From: an uncultured beta proteobacterium | Lineage (GTDB): Bacteria; Pseudomonadota; Gammaproteobacteria; Burkholderiales; SG8-41 | Assembly (NCBI GenBank): GCA_963778865.1 | Contig: CAVZWF010000005.1 | Span: forward strand, 144,233 to 208,232 | Reading direction: 5' to 3' | DNA length: 64,000 nucleotides | Shown: piece by piece, positions 8,471 through 20,116 of the stretch | Numbering within the stretch: the first letter of the stretch is position 1 | How the letters are laid out: each line of letters opens with the position of its first letter | The notes under the pieces: generated by a model | The model's database searches: none | Told to the model about the DNA's origin: nothing | The model's input: only the letters and a program-made list of their open reading frames with translations | Translations under genes and position numbers: made by a program

Positions 8471-9512
8471 ATGCAGAAAATCAAGCTGACCGCATTCTCA
8501 CACGGCGGCGGATGAGGCTGCAAACTACCGCCAGCGTTGCTGGGGGAATTGCTGTCGAAGATACCGCTCGCGCGCGCGTATCCGGATCTGCTCGTCGGCA
8601 CCGAGTCGAGCGACGATGCGGCGGTCTATCGCATCAACGACGAGCAGGCGATCGTCGCGACCACGGATTTTTTTCTGCCGATCGTCGACGATCCGTACGA
8701 TTTCGGCCGCATCGCCGCGACCAATGCGATTTCCGACATTTACGCGATGGGCGCGCAGCCGCTGTTCGCGCTGGCGTTGGTCGGCATGCCGGTCGGCAAG
8801 CTGCCGGTCGAGGCGATGCAGCAGATACTCGCGGGCGGGCACGCCGTGTGCGAGGCCGCGGGCATTCCGATTGCCGGCGGGCATTCGATCGACAATCCCG
8901 AGCCGATCTACGGGCTCGTCGCGCTCGGTCTCGTGCATCCGTCGCGCATCAAGCGCAACGACCGCGCGCAGGCCGGCGACGTGCTGATCCTGGGCAAGGC
9001 GCTGGGCGTCGGCATCCTGAGCGCGGCGCTGAAAAAAGGCGAGTTGCGCGACAAGGCCTACCAGCAAATGCTCGAGACGACGACGCAGCTCAATACCGCC
9101 GGCATCGCGCTCGCCGAACTCGCCGGCGTGCACGCGATGACCGACGTGACCGGCTTCGGCCTGCTCGGGCATCTGCACGAAATCTGCCGCGGCTCGAAAT
9201 TGCACGCGGACATCCGATTTCGACTCGTTGCCGATACTCTCGGCGGCGAAGCACCTCGCGCAGGACGGCTACGCGACCGGCGCGTCGGACCGCAACTGGG
9301 CGAGCGTCGAGCCGCACGTGACGTTGCCGCCGGGCATGCCGGACTGGCAGAAGAAGCTGCTGACCGATCCGCAGACGAGCGGCGGCCTGCTGGTCGCGTG
9401 CGATCGCGCGAGCGCGCCGCGCGTGCTGGAAATCTTCAGGCAGCAGGGTTTCAAATATGCGTGCGAGATCGGCGCGCTCGCGGCCGGGCCCGCGACGATA
9501 GGCGTGAGTTGA
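8471..9512 (+). CDS. selD: Selenide, water dikinase (selenophosphate synthetase) with in-frame TGA (putative Sec) at codon 15; one frameshift near 9221
   Basis: ATG 8471 gives MQKIKLTAFSHGGG-TGA-GCKLPPALLGELL, in frame with ORF 8537..9613. The C-terminus continues in ORF 9228..9512. The TGA (8513..8515) aligns with Cys17 of the E. coli SHGAGCGCK motif and the Sec of Haemophilus-type SelD. Confidence 0.85.
8520..8552 (+). promoter_or_regulatory. Candidate bacterial SECIS hairpin downstream of the selD TGA
   Basis: GCAA-ACUA-CCGCCAGC-GUU-GCUGGGGG-AA-UUGC. Lower 4-bp stem and an upper 8-bp stem with one mismatch. The apical loop lies about 23 nt after the UGA. Confidence 0.45.
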
Positions 9513-9621
9513 CGGAACCGGTTACAGCTGCGTGTTTCGCACCCCGCTTGTTTTTTCTGATTTTGCGTCGCACGTGCGAGGTGCACTCAAGAATAATGCA
9601 ATTTACTTGCTGATTTGTAAT

Positions 9622-10023
9622 TCACTCATGCGGCCAGCGCCCGATAGTAATATAGTATTTATCGCCCATCTTAGCGAGCACCGAGCAAATATTGTCCGTT
9701 TGCCCTTTAAAGACTTGCGCGCGACACAATTTACCGTCATCGGCGATTCGCCAGGTACCTGATAATGATCCTGCCCCGGGGAGATTAGGGTTTTTACCAA
9801 ACCCGACAAACGAACCGTCCTCGTTGAACTTGAGTTGGGTATCCCCGCCGGTATTGTTTTTCCAATAAAGCGTTGCACCTTTGACGAGTGCCCCTAATTC
9901 TTCCTTAGCCACTATTGCGCCTCCCTTAGACTGCAGTTCGCTAAGCGTCATATTCTGAGCATACCCCGCCACAGCGATTCCAGCCAAAACAAAGGCGATT
10001 GCGAATGCTTTTGGATTTTTCAT
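9622..10023 (-). CDS. Small secreted protein of unknown function (133 aa, signal peptide; DUF995-like by memory) in a low-GC islet
   Basis: MKNPKAFAIAFVLAGIAVAGYAQ signal peptide, with a GGAGG RBS 6 nt upstream of ATG 10023. Intact. The ORF track fuses it to tesA (9622..10785). Confidence 0.6.
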   Translation of the reverse strand: MKNPKAFAIAFVLAGIAVAGYAQNMTLSELQSKGGAIVAKEELGALVKGATLYWKNNTGGDTQLKFNEDGSFVGFGKNPNLPGAGSLSGTWRIADDGKLCRAQVFKGQTDNICSVLAKMGDKYYITIGRWPHE

Positions 10024-10151
10024 CTCGACCTCCCCGTTAGTATATTGAAATCCGTAGCACGGTGATCTAGCGACAGGACAGGCGACAGGACCGGCACGCG
10101 CCTGATAATAATACACCCGAGATGAGCTAGCGACGTAACTCGCTTTATCTG

Positions 10152-10785
10152 TCAATGTTTGGTACTGCCGGCCAGCAGCGGCCGCAGGTGCGGCCACACG
10201 TTGGCCAGCATTTTCGCCTGCGCCGCGCCGACTCGGATGGATGCCGTCGGACTGGAACATGCCGCGGTCGGCGGCGAAGCCTTCGAACAGAAACGGCGCC
10301 AGCGGCACGCGCTGCGTTTTCGCGAGCTCATCGAACATCAGGTGAAACTTCTTCTCGTAGTCGCTGCCATAGTTGGGCGGCACGCGCATGCCGACGAGCA
10401 GGACCCGGCTGCCGTGCTTGCGGCACTCGGCGATCATCGCGGCGAGATTGGCGCGTATGGTTTCGATGCGGGCGCCGCGCAATCCGTCGTTGCCCCCGAG
10501 TTCGAGGATGACGATGCGCGGTTGGTGCTGATTGAGCGTTGCGGCGAGGCGAAGTTTGCCGCCCACCGTCGTTTCGCCGGTCACGCTCGCGTTGACCACC
10601 GTATAATCGGCATGTTCGCGCGCGAGGCGCGCGCGCAGCAGATCGACCCAGCCCGTATCGCGCGGCAGGCCGTAGCCGGCGGATATGCTGTCGCCGAACA
10701 CCAGTATCGTGGCCGCGGCGTGCGCAATGCCGGCGGCGCCCGCCAGTAACAAGAAAAAGGAAAATTCGCAGCATGGCTGAAACAT
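10152..10785 (-). CDS. tesA: SGNH/GDSL arylesterase / acyl-CoA thioesterase I, one frameshift near 10225
   Basis: ILVFGDSISAGYG, LGGNDGLRG and SDGIHP blocks. True tail AQAKMLANVWPHLRPLLAGSTKH with stop at 10152..10154 in a shifted frame. Confidence 0.8.
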
Positions 10786-11465
10786 TCATCGCGCCCATTG
10801 TGCGGGCAAGCGGTCTCATCCAAGCAAGTCGATACCGGCAGCAGCCATCTCACCATACTCGACGACGTGAGTTTCGATATTGCCGAAGGCGAGGCGGTGG
10901 CCGTCCTCGGCGCATCGGGTTCCGGCAAGTCGACATTATTGGGATTGCTTGCAGGGCTCGATACGCCGAGCGCCGGCAGCGTCAGCATGGCGGGCACCGA
11001 CTTGTTCGCGCTCGATGAGGACGGACGCGCGGCGCTGCGCTCGCAACTCGTCGGTTTCGTGTTCCAGTCGTTTCAGTTGCTGCCGGCGTTGACGGCGCTT
11101 GAAAACGTGATGTTGCCGCTGGAACTGGCCGGTGCGCCGGCGCGCCGACAGCAAAGGCGCAGGCGATGCTCGAGCGCGTCGGGCTCGGCGCGCGCGTGCA
11201 GCATTACCCGAAGCAGTTGTCCGGCGGCGAGCAGCAGCGCGTCGCCATCGCGCGCGCCTTCGTGCGCGAGCCCAGATTGTTGTTTGCCGACGAGCCGACC
11301 GGCAATCTCGATTCGGCGACCGGCGCGCAGATCATCGACCTGATGTTCGAATTGAATCGCGAGCACGCGACCACGCTGATATTGGTGACGCACGACGAGG
11401 CGATTTCGCGCCGCTGCGGCCGCGCCTTGCGCCTGGCGGCGGGCCGGCTGCTGAACGGCGCCTAG
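10773..11465 (+). CDS. ybbA: ABC transporter ATP-binding protein (YbbA/LolD-like), at least two frameshifts
   Basis: ORFs 10773.., 10798..11343 (GASGSGKSTLLGLLAGLD) and 11166..11465 (LSGGEQQRVAIARAF...LLFADEPTGNLD). Divergent from tesA, as in E. coli. Confidence 0.8.
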
Positions 11466-11468
11466 TCG

Positions 11469-13976
11469 ATGACGCTCACTCGCAAATTTCGCTGGCGCTG
11501 CGCCTGTTGTGGCGCGACTGGCGCGCCGGTGAAGTCACGCTGTTGGCGGCGGCGATCGTGATTGCGGTCGGCAGCCTGACCACGGTCAGCTTTTTCACCG
11601 ACCGCGTGCAACTGGCGCTGACGCAGCAGTCGAATCAGTTGCTCGGCGCCGATCTTATCCATCGTGTCGGACCGGCCGTTTGCCGACGAGTTCGCGGCGG
11701 AGGCGCGCGCACGCGGACTGGCGGTGACGCGTTCGCATTGCGTTTTCCGAGCATGGCGAGCTATGGCGGCGAAAGCCTGCTTGTCCGATGTCAAAGTGGT
11801 TGCCGCCGGCTATCCGTTGCGCGGCGAGGTGCGGCTCGCCGACGAATTGTTCGGCGCGGAGCGCATCGCGCGCGACGTGCCCGCCGCGGGCACGGCGTGG
11901 GTGGACGATCGCTTGCTGACGCGTCTTAATGTGAAGTTCGGCGATACGCTGGCGGTGGGTCAGCTGCGCCTGCGGGTTGCCGCGCTGGTGACGCAGGAGC
12001 CCGACAGCGCGATCGGCTTTCTCAACAGCGCGCCGCGGCTGCTGATGAACGAAGCCGATATCGCCGCCAGCGGTCTCATCCAGACCGGCAGCCGCGTGCG
12101 CTACCGCTTGTACGTGGCAGGCGACACGCCGGCGGTCGACGCCTACCGGACGTGGGCGCAGACGCGCATCGGCGCCGGGCAGAGCATCGAAGGCATACGC
12201 GACGCGCGGCCGGAAATCCGCTCGGCGCTCGAGCGCGCCGAGCGCTTTCTCGGTCTCGCCGCGCTGGTCAGCGTGGTGCTGTCGGCGGTCGCGATTGCGC
12301 TCGCGGCGCGGCGTTTTCTGCGCCGCCATCTCGACGGTTGCGCGGTCATGCGGTGCATCGGCGCGCGGCCAGCCGAAATCGTGCGGCTTTATCTGCTGCA
12401 TTTCGTTGTGCTGGGGATGGTCGCGGGTGTCGCCGGGTGCGTGATCGGCTATGCGGCCCAATTCGTGCTGGCAACGTGGCTCGGCAGTTTTCTGGCGGTC
12501 GCGTTGCCGTGGCCCGGGCTGTCGCCGGCAGGTTACGGACTCGCGGCGGGCGTGCTCTTGTTGCTCGGTTTCGCGTTGCCGCCGCTGGTGAGTCTCGCGC
12601 AGGTGTCGACGCTGCGCGTATTGCGCCGCGATCTGGGCGTGCCGCGGGGCATGGGCGCCGCGGGTTACGCGCTGGGACTCGCGGTGATATGCGGCCTCGT
12701 GTTGTGGAAGGCGCAGGATTTGCGGCTGGGCGCGTACGTGCTGGGCGGCTTTCTCGCGCGCGGCCGCGGTGTCGGTTGTGCTGGTGCTCGCGGTATTGCG
12801 CGCTGCTCGCGCGCGTGCGCGGCTACCGGCGGCGTCAGCTTTCGCTACGGGCTTGCCAACCTGCAGGCGCCACGCGCTGGGCAATACGATACAGGTGGTC
12901 GCGCTCGCCCTGGGCATGATGGCGCTGTTGACGTTGACGCTGATACGCGGCGACCTCCTGCGCAGCTGGCAGGCGACGTTGCAGCCCGATGCGCCGAACC
13001 GCTTCGTGATCAGCATCCAGCCCGAACAGGTGCAACCGCTGAACGCTTTTTTTGCGGCGCACGGCATCGCGCAGCCCGCCGTGTTTCCGATGGTGCGCGG
13101 GCGGCTTGATCGCGATCAACGGCCGCGCGGTATCGTCGAACGATTACGCCGAAGACCGCGCCAAGCGGCTGATCGACCGCGAATTCAATTTGTCGTGGGC
13201 CGAGCACATGCAGCCCGACAACCGGCATCGTCGCGGGACGCTGGTGGGACGGCGGCGCCGGCCGCGCCGACCAGCTGTCGGTCGAAGAGGGCATTGCGGC
13301 CACGCTGGGACTCAAGCTCGGCGACCGGCTCACCTACGACGTGGCGGGCAGCCATTTCGACGCGACGATTACGAGCTTGCGCAAGGTCGAGTGGGACACG
13401 TTCCGCGCGAATTTTTTCGTGATCGCGCCGCCGCAGTTGCTGCAGGGTTTTCCGGTTTCCTACATGACCAGCTTGTTCGTGCCGCCGGGACAGGCCGCGA
13501 TGCTCAACGAGCTTGTACGCGAGTTTCCCAATCTGGTGGTGGTCGACGTCGCGCAAATCATGGCGCAGGTGCAGAAAATGATGGACCAGGTCGCGAGCGC
13601 GGTGCAGTTCGTGTTTCTGTTCACGCTCGCGGCGGGACTCATCGTGCTGTATGCGGCGATCGCGAGCACGCGCGACGAGCGCGAATACGAAGCCGCGGTG
13701 ATGCGCACGCTGGGCGCGACCCGCCGGCAGATCGCGGCGACCCAGTTTGCCGAGTTTGCCCTGATGGGCGCGCTCGCCGGGCTGCTCGCGGCCGGCGGCG
13801 CGAGCGCGTTGGGTTACGCGCTTGCGCTCAAGGTTTTGAACGTGCCGTATGCCGGCAGCGCATGGATCTGGCTGATCGGCCCCGGCGCGGGCAGCGCGGG
13901 CATTGCGGCGGCCGGCATGCTGGGCGCGCGGCGCGTGCTGGCGACCTCGCCGATCCGCGTTTTGCGCGAGGCGTGA
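11469..13976 (+). CDS. ybbP: FtsX-family ABC transporter permease (YbbP-like, about 830 aa), at least five frameshifts
   Basis: Pieces in ORFs 11132..11929, 11664..13109, 12769..13422, 13052..13996 and 13341..13976. Two FtsX-type permease modules. Confidence 0.8.
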
Positions 13977-14024
13977 AGCGACGAATCGCGGTGTAAAATA
14001 ACCGCATTCTCTCCGGGAAGCCGC

Positions 14025-15272
14025 ATGCTCGAACTCGCACTGGCGTTAATCGTTGTCGTAATCGCGTTGACTCGCGTGGCTTGCGCTGCGGCGTCATCGG
14101 CCTGCGCCGCGCGCTGGACGAATTGCCACCGGCGACGGGGCAGGGCCAGGAGGAACGCCATCGCGCGATGCTGGTCGACCTGCACGACGGGCTTACGAAA
14201 CAGGGCGACCGCCTGACCGCCGCGCTGACCGACAACACCGAGCGCCTGCGCGGCTCCACCGCCGAAGAACTCAAGCAAACGCGCGACACGCTGCATGCGC
14301 TGCAGCTGGCGCTCGCGCAGAACCTCGGCGAAAGCCGCGAGGCGATGGTGGCGAAGCTCGCCGAAACGACGCAGGCCCTGACCGGCAAAATCGACGAGCG
14401 TCTGGGCGAGATCAGCGGCAAGGTCAACGAACGGCTCGACGAGGGCTTCAAAAAGACCAACGAGACGTTCACCAACGTGATGACGCGGCTGGCGACCATC
14501 GACGAGGCGCAGAAGAAGATCGAGACCCTGACCGGCAGCGTGGTCAGCCTGCAGGAACTGCTCGGCGACAAGCGTTCGCGCGGCGCGTTCGGCGAGGTGC
14601 AGCTGGAAGCGATCGTGCGCAACGCGCTGCCGGAAACCGCGTTCGAGTTTCAATACACGTTTGCGCGCGGCGTGCGCGCCGACTGCGTGCTGAAGTTGCC
14701 CGAGCCGACCGGGCTAATCGCGATCGATTCCAAGTTTCCGCTCGAGAATTTCGAGCGCATGTTTGTCGACGGCGCCGAGCGCATTTCCGCCGCTGCGTTC
14801 AAGGTCGGACGTGCGCAAGCACATCGACGACATCGCGAACAAATACATCATCCCCGGCGAAACCAGCGACGGCGCGGTGATGTTCCTGCCGGCGGAAGCG
14901 GTGTTCGCGGAAATCCATGCGCGCCATCGCGATCTCGTCGAGTATGCGCAGAACAAACGCGTGTGGATCACGTCGCCGACCACGCTGATGGCGGTGCTGA
15001 CCACCGCCCAGTCGGTCATCCGCAGCGTGGAAACGCGCAAGCAGATCCACATCATCAAGGACGAACTCAACAAGCTCGGCGCCGACTTCGGCCGCTTTCA
15101 GTCGCGCATGGACAATCTTGCGCGGCATATCGAGCAGGCCAAGAACGACGTCGACGAGGTGCACGTCAGCAGCCGCAAGATCAGCGAGCGCTTCGCGCGG
15201 ATCGAGCGCGTGGAGCTGGAGGCCGCGGAGCCGCCGAAATTGCGCGCGGTGGACGCCGCCGCCGAGAAGTAA
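14025..15272 (+). CDS. rmuC: DNA recombination protein RmuC, two frameshifts
   Basis: ORFs 14025.., 14081..15733 (coiled-coil part) and 14763..15272 (DVRKHIDDIANKYIIPGETSDGAVMFLPAEAVF...WITSPTTLMAVL). Confidence 0.85.
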
Positions 15273-15280
15273 CGCGGCAC

Positions 15281-16049
15281 GTGTTCGGCGCCATCCGGCG
15301 CTGGTGGCGCCAGCGCATCATCGAGCGCGCGGCACTCGACGCCGCGCTGTGGCGGCAGACTCTGGACCGCCTGCCGTTTCTGCACGGACTGACGGATGAC
15401 GAGCGCGCGCGGTTGCGCGACACGGTGATCCTGTTTCTGCATCAAAAATCCATCCGCGGCGCGGCGGGTCTCGAACTCGATAGCGGGATGCAGCTCATGA
15501 TCGCGGCGCAGGCCTGCATCCTGATGCTCAATCTCGACATCGATTACTACCGCGGCTGGGTCGAAGTCATCGTGTATCCGGACGAGTTCGTGCCGACGAT
15601 CGAATACACGGATGACGACGGTGTGGTCCATACGCGAACGCGAGCCGCGGGCGGGGGAGGCGTGGCTGCAGGGCCCGGTGATCCTGTCGTGGGCGGACGT
15701 CGCGCCAACCGCCGGACGGCGTCAACGTCGTGATCCACGAATTCGCGCACAAGCTCGACATGTTGAACGGAGATGCCAACGGCTATCCGCCGCTGCACGG
15801 CGGCATGAGCGCGCGAAGCGTGGACGCGGCGCCTTTGCCGCGGCCTACGCGGATTTCTGCCGCCGCGTCGATGCCGGCGAAGAGTCGGCCATCGATCCTT
15901 ATGCGGCGGAGAGCCCGGCCGAGTTTTTTGCGGTCATGAGCGAGGCGTTTTTCGAAATTCCGCGCGCGGTTCTTGATTCCTATCCGGAAGTCTATGCGCA
16001 GCTCAAGGCGTTTTACCGCCAGGACCCGTCGACGCGCCTGCGGGTGTAA
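15281..16049 (+). CDS. mtfA: Zinc-dependent peptidase MtfA (M90 family), about three frameshifts
   Basis: GTG 15281 gives FGAIRRWWRQRIIERAALD. VVIHEFAHKLD HExxH motif in ORF 15730..15939. Tail in ORF 15612..16049. Confidence 0.75.
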
Positions 16050-16102
16050 TTCGACCGCATTATCGGTTAAGCTTAGGGGTAGATGCCATTGCCTATCCCG
16101 TC

Positions 16103-18502
16103 GTGCTAAAACCCCTGTCGTTGCCCGGATCCAAACGCGCGCTGGTCGCCGGATTCGGCGCATTGCTCGTGCTCGATCACCGTGGTCACGCTGGTCGGCA
16201 TCACGCGCATTCATTCCATCGATAAGCACATCGGCGATCTCATTCAGTGGGAAAATTCCCGCACCCAACTGCTGGCATCGCTGCTCGACCTGAACGACCG
16301 GCGGCAGCAAACGATCTACACGCTGTTTGCGGCGCGCAGCGCGGCCGAACGCGAGGCGGGCTACCGTAGTTACCAGGCGCTGGGCGCGGAGATCCTGACG
16401 ACGCGCGGCGCAGCTTGAAAAACTCGACATGTCCGAGCCCGAGCGCGCCGCCGTCAAGCAGATGCTCGACGGCGATGGTCGTCTCGGAAGAAGCGCACGA
16501 GCGCGTAGTGGCCCTGGTGATGCGCGGGGACGTTAGCGGCGCAACGGACCTGCTGCTGACGCAGGCCCTGCCCGCGCACGACCATTTCGAGATGTCGGTC
16601 AACCGCCTGATCGATTCCCGGCGCGAGGCGATGGTGGTCGCGATTGCGCAGGCCAGCGCGGATATGCGCCATGCGCTCATGCTGGTCGCAATCGCGGGCC
16701 TGCTGGTGCTGATTTTCGGCGCGGTGGTCGCCGTGCGCGTGGTCCGCCAGATCGTGAAGAGCGAAGACGCATTGCACCGCGAGAAGGAACTCGCCGAGGT
16801 GACGCTGCATTCGATCGCCGACGGCGTCATTACGCTCGATGCGGAACGGCAATATCGATTACATGAATCCGGTGGCGGAAGAATATACCGGCTGGAAAAA
16901 CCCGGAAGCCAGAGGCCAGCGCGCTCGATGAGGTATACCGGGTGGTCGACGAGCAGACCGGCAAGCCGGTTCCGCATCCGGGCGGCCATGCGGCAGGCGC
17001 GCGCGGGACGCCGGGCATGACCGTCAGATTGCTCGGGCGCACCGGCAACCTGTGCGCGATACGGGATTCATCGGCGCCGATCCACAGCAGCGACGGCAGC
17101 CTGGTCGGCTGGGTGGTCGTGTTTCACGACGTGAGCCAGATTCAGGAAATGGCGCAGCAACTCACCTGGCAGGCGAGCCATGACGCGCTGACCGGATTGT
17201 TCAACCGCCGCGAGTTCGAGCGCCGGCTCACCGGCCTGATCGAGGCGGCGCGCACGGACAACAAGCAGCATGCGCTCTTGTACATGGATCTCGACAATTT
17301 CAAGACCGTCAACGATACCTGCGGCCACGCCGCCGGCGACGAGTTGCTGCTGCAGTTGACCACCGTGATGCAGGCGCGCATGCGCGGCAGCGATACGCTG
17401 GCGCGGCTCGGCGGTGATGAGTTCGGCGTGCTGCTGGAGTCGTGCCCGCTCGATCAGGCGGTGCGCATCGCGAACGGCCTGCGCGAGGCGGTGCGCGATT
17501 TTCGCTTCATCTGGCAGGACAAGACTTTCGGCATCGGTGTCAGCGCCGGCCTGGTGGTGATCGACGGCGCGGAGAGCGTCAGCCGCGTGCTCGCGAGCGC
17601 CGATGCGACCTGCTACGACGCGAAAAGCAAGGGACGCGACCGCGTGCAGGTTCACCGCCCGCACCCCGAGCAGCCGGGCGCGCAGAATGCCGATCTGAAA
17701 ATGGTGTCGCAGATCAATCACGCGTTCGAGCTGGGCAGCTTCCGGCTTTACCGGCAGAAAATCATCGCGCTCAGTGCGGGCAGGGAAGACGAGCCGCACT
17801 ACGAGATACTCGTGCGCATGGTCGATCGCGGCGGCAATCTCATTGCGCCGAGCGGGTTCATGGCGGCGGCGGAGCGCTACAACCTGCTTGTCGTCGATCG
17901 AACGCTGGGTCATCAGCACGCTCGTCGAATTTCTGCACCGGCAGTGCGAAAGCGGCGCCATTCCGCGCGAGCCGTCGGCACTGACCGGCGCGTTTTACGC
18001 CGTCAACCTGTCGGGCGTGAGCATCAATGATGCGAGTTTCACGGATTTCATGCGCCAGCTGCTCAACCGGTTCCAGCTGCCGCGCGGGCTCTTGTGCTTT
18101 GAAGTCACCGAAACGACGGCGATTTCGAATCTCACCAAGGCGGCGCATCTGATGCACGAACTAAAGTCGCTGGGCTGCCGTTTCGCGCTCGACGATTTCG
18201 GCATCGGCATGTCGTCGTTCGCGTATCTCAAGTACCTGCCGGTCGATTACATCAAGATCGACGGCGTGTTCGTGCGCGACATGGCGGACGATCCCGATGG
18301 ACCAGGCGATCGTGGAAGCGATCAACCGCATTGCCCACATACTGGGCTTGAAGACGGTCGCCGAGTTCGTCGAGGACGCGGCCAACCTGGAACGGCTGCG
18401 CGCGATGGGCGTGGACTACGCGCAGGGTTATTTCGTCGCCAAACCCGAAGCGCTGGTGAAGATCCGCGGATACCGACGCCCGCGGTGCTCGAGTCGGCGT
18501 GA
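16103..18502 (+). CDS. Membrane sensor diguanylate cyclase/phosphodiesterase (4HB/HAMP-PAS-GGDEF-EAL), many frameshifts; start uncertain
   Basis: ORFs 16182.., 16415..17020, 16942..18030 ([11 protein letters not shown]), 17774..18502 ([24 protein letters not shown]) and 18297... Confidence 0.8.
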
Positions 18503-18512
18503 GGGAGGCGGC

Positions 18513-19523
18513 ATGGCGCTGACGTGTCGTATTGGTCGGGGACATCGGCGGCACCCGCTCGCTGCTCGAATTGCTGGTTGAAGAGGATGGCCGGCTGCGC
18601 GCGGCTCACGAGCAGTCCTATCGCAGCGAAGCGTTTGCCGGGCTGGACGCGCTGCTCGATGACTTTCTTGCGCTGGAGCCGGTCAGGCACGCCGCCGCGC
18701 GCGTCGATGCGGCATGTTTTTCGGTGGCCGGTCCGGTCGAGGGCGGTGCGTCGACGTTGACCAATCTCGGCTGGCGCATCGACGCGCAGGCGGTGAGCAC
18801 GCGCGTCGGCATACCGGACGTGCTGCTGATGAACGATTTTGCCGCGGTCGGTCACGGTATTGCGGAATTGGGCGAACACGATCTCGTGACGCTGCAGCGC
18901 GGGGAGGCGCAACCGCACGGTACGCGCGTGGTCGTCGGCGCCGGCACCGGGCTCGGCGTGTGCATGCTGACGTGGCAGGGCGACGGTTATGCGGTGCATC
19001 CGTCGGAAGGCGGGCACACCGATTTCGCGCCGATCAACGAGGCGCAGGACATACTGCTCGCGAGCATGCGCGGGGCGTTTGGTCGCGTGTCGTACGAGCG
19101 CGTGGTCTCGGGGCCGGGATTGCTGAGAATCTTCAGCGTTTTGCAGGACGGCGGCGTGGGCAGCCGTCGAAGCAATTGCGCGAAGCGATGCAGCGCCAGG
19201 ATGCGGCCGCGGCGATATCCGAATTCGCGATCAACAAGACCGACCCGCTGGCGGTGCACGCGCTCGATCTGTTCGTGGATATTTATGGCGCTTTCGCCGG
19301 CAACATGGCGCTGGCGACGCTCGCGCGCGGCGGCGTGTATATCGCAGGCGGCATCGCCCGCCAGATTGCGCACAAGCTCGCCGACGGCGGTTTCGTGCGC
19401 GCCTTCACCCACAAGGGCCGCTTCAGCGACTTGCTGCAGCGATATCCGCTCTATATCGTGACCGATCCGAAAGTCGGTCTCAAGGGGGCAGCGCGATTGC
19501 TGCGGAAGGAGTTGCGCTCCTAG
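18513..19523 (+). CDS. glk: Glucokinase, one or two frameshifts
   Basis: ORFs 18532..19461 (VGDIGGTRS, ROK/Glk ATP motif) and 18714..19523 tail. GAGGGAGG RBS before ATG 18513. Confidence 0.85.
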
Positions 19524-19529
19524 GCGCTC

Positions 19530-20116
19530 TTAGCCCGCATTTTCGAATGCTTTGAGTTCGTCCGGCGTGTTGATGTTGCTGAATGCGGCAGGCGCATCGT
19601 CGAACGCGACTTCGACCACGTTGAGCGTCGCGTACCAGGCGTCGATCTTGCGTCCGCCGCCGTGCAGAAACTGCGTCAGGTGCGGCAAGAAGATCGCGCC
19701 GGCACACGCAGAACACGGGATGCGGCTGCTCGCCGGTGCGGGCGACGGCAAGCTGCGCTTGCTGTGCGCGCAAGTGCCGCGTGCAGTCGCGCCACCAGAT
19801 CCGCCGGCAGAAACGGCGTGTCGCACGGCGCGGTTGCCACCAGCGCGTGGCGCGCCTCGCTCAAGCCGCGCTGCAGTCCGGCGAGCGGGCCGGCGAAGCC
19901 GCCGATTTCGTCGGGGATCACGCGATGGCCGAAGCGCGCGTAGACGTCCAGGTTCTGGTTGGCGTTGATCAGCACTTCGTCGACTTGCGGCGCGAAGCGC
20001 TCGAGCACCCACGCCACCATCGGTTTGCCGCGCAGTTCGCGCAAACCCTTGTCGACGCCGCCCATGCGCTGTCCCCGGCCGCCGGCGAGTATCACGCCGG
20101 TAATGCCGGCGCTCAT
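19530..20116 (-). CDS. mobA: Molybdenum cofactor guanylyltransferase, frameshifted near 19760
   Basis: ORF 19676..20116 (GVILAGGRGQRMGGVDKGL) and the tail of ORF 19530..20207 (LTQFLHGGGRKIDAWY...NINTPDELKAFE). Confidence 0.8.

Noticed and set aside
9622-10785. 387-aa ORF suggesting a TesA fusion protein
   Set aside because: This is an artefact. A frameshift near the tesA 3' end removes its stop (true stop 10152..10154), and the frame happens to stay open through the spacer into the separate small secreted-protein gene, which has its own RBS and ATG at 10023.
11655-13067. 470-aa minus-strand ORF, with similar long ORFs at 26641..28410 (-), 27294..29372 (+), 39523..41325 (-), 43944..45284 (-), 41306..42076 (-) and 8365..9321 (+)
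   Set aside because: These are Arg/Ala/Gly/His-rich, low-complexity translations. They lie antisense or out of frame to genes with clear family motifs (ybbP, fdhA, malic enzyme, GltD-like, porA-like, selD). They are typical shadow ORFs of GC-rich DNA.
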